A DNA stretch of 26,143 nucleotides from Chloroflexota bacterium (lineage in GTDB: Bacteria; Chloroflexota; Dehalococcoidia; SM23-28-2; RBG-16-64-32): positions 1 to 26,143 of the forward strand of contig VBEJ01000079.1 in NCBI GenBank assembly GCA_005882985.1. Reading direction: 5' to 3'. Positions 25,585 through 26,143 of this stretch are shown one piece after another (the first letter of the stretch is position 1; every line of letters starts with the position of its first letter). The notes under the pieces are model-generated. The model saw only the letters and a program-made list of their open reading frames with translations, had not been told where the DNA came from and ran no database searches. Made by a program: the position numbers and the translations under genes.

Positions 25585-25630
25585 GCTTAACCTGCCTTTC
25601 GGCGAACGCCCGCCAAAAACCACCATTCGC

Positions 25631-26143
25631 TTATTCGCGTTCGATTCGCTGACTACGATTCGCTGCGGACCGCCGCAACAGCCGTCCCGCCCGCGCCGTC
25701 GTCTGCTTCCCGTGCTCCACCGGGACCTCCCCGTTGACGATGACATATTCGATGCCTATCGGGAACTGTCGCGGCTCCTCGTAGGTCGCGCGGTCGGCGA
25801 TCGTCTTCGGATCGAAGACAACCACGTCGGCGGCGAAGCCCTCACGCAGCTCACCCCGGCCGGCGAGGTTCATTCGACGCGCCGGAAGCGAGGTCATCTG
25901 GCGCACCCCTTCCTCCAGCGAGAACAGGCGCTCCTCCCGCACGTATTTGCCCAGCACACGCGGGAAGGTGCCGTAGAGACGCGGGTGCGGCTTGCCGGTC
26001 CGCGAGGGGATGCCGTCCGAGCCGACCATGCACAGCGAGTGGGCGAGCACGCGTCGCACGTCCGCTTCGTCCATCATGAAGAAGACCGCCACGGCGCTTG
26101 GGTAGGCCTCCAGCACTCGCGGGGCGGCTTCGTCCGGCGCAAC
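25631..26143 (-). CDS. amidohydrolase-family protein, C-terminal part (D-aminoacylase-like); 5' end lies beyond the window
   Basis: Frame open to the window edge. C-terminal beta-sandwich region (SLCMVGSDGIPSRTGKPHPRLYGTFPRVLGKYVRE...) typical of N-acyl-D-amino-acid deacylases. Confidence 0.55.
   Translation of the reverse strand, partial: VAPDEAAPRVLEAYPSAVAVFFMMDEADVRRVLAHSLCMVGSDGIPSRTGKPHPRLYGTFPRVLGKYVREERLFSLEEGVRQMTSLPARRMNLAGRGELREGFAADVVVFDPKTIADRATYEEPRQFPIGIEYVIVNGEVPVEHGKQTTARAGRLLRRSAANRSQRIERE

Overview
High-GC (roughly 65-70%) bacterial chromosomal segment with strong AAGGAGG-type Shine-Dalgarno sites and several F420-associated enzyme families (an LLM-class luciferase-like oxidoreductase and a DUF385 Ddn-like reductase), suggesting an actinobacterial or Chloroflexi-like host. 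No rRNA, tRNA, CRISPR or mobile-element signatures were seen. Main contents, in order: (1) a minus-strand operon of a small wHTH regulator plus two tandem paralogous PlsC-family acyltransferases, divergent from an ECF sigma factor across a markedly AT-rich control region that carries palindromes. (2) fabI, apparently inactivated by an internal deletion and frameshift and translationally coupled to a family III CoA-transferase, followed by a Sir2/CobB deacylase and a YjbQ-family gene coupled to it. (3) A thiamin locus: thiD, then a TPP riboswitch with a terminator expression platform, an NCS1 (CytX-like) permease, thiG, a tenI-like gene, thiS and thiO, with a convergent bona fide thiE. (4) An ECF sigma factor fused in-frame to a ZAS anti-sigma domain, a TM helix and a Pro/Thr-rich tail. 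(5) A minus-strand cluster of two different ferritin-like diiron proteins flanking a 2x[4Fe-4S] ferredoxin, whose 3' ends carry heptamer (TTTCGG / CCGAAAA) repeat arrays; one array forms a long inverted repeat that is a perfect hairpin only in the gene-sense transcript. (6) A 679-aa SPFH/flotillin-like protein with three or four tandem ~76-aa repeats of the SPFH N-terminal beta unit. Several genes look disrupted (fabI, a VOC gene) or lack canonical start codons (yjbQ-like, thiE), which may reflect genuine decay or indel errors in the assembly.
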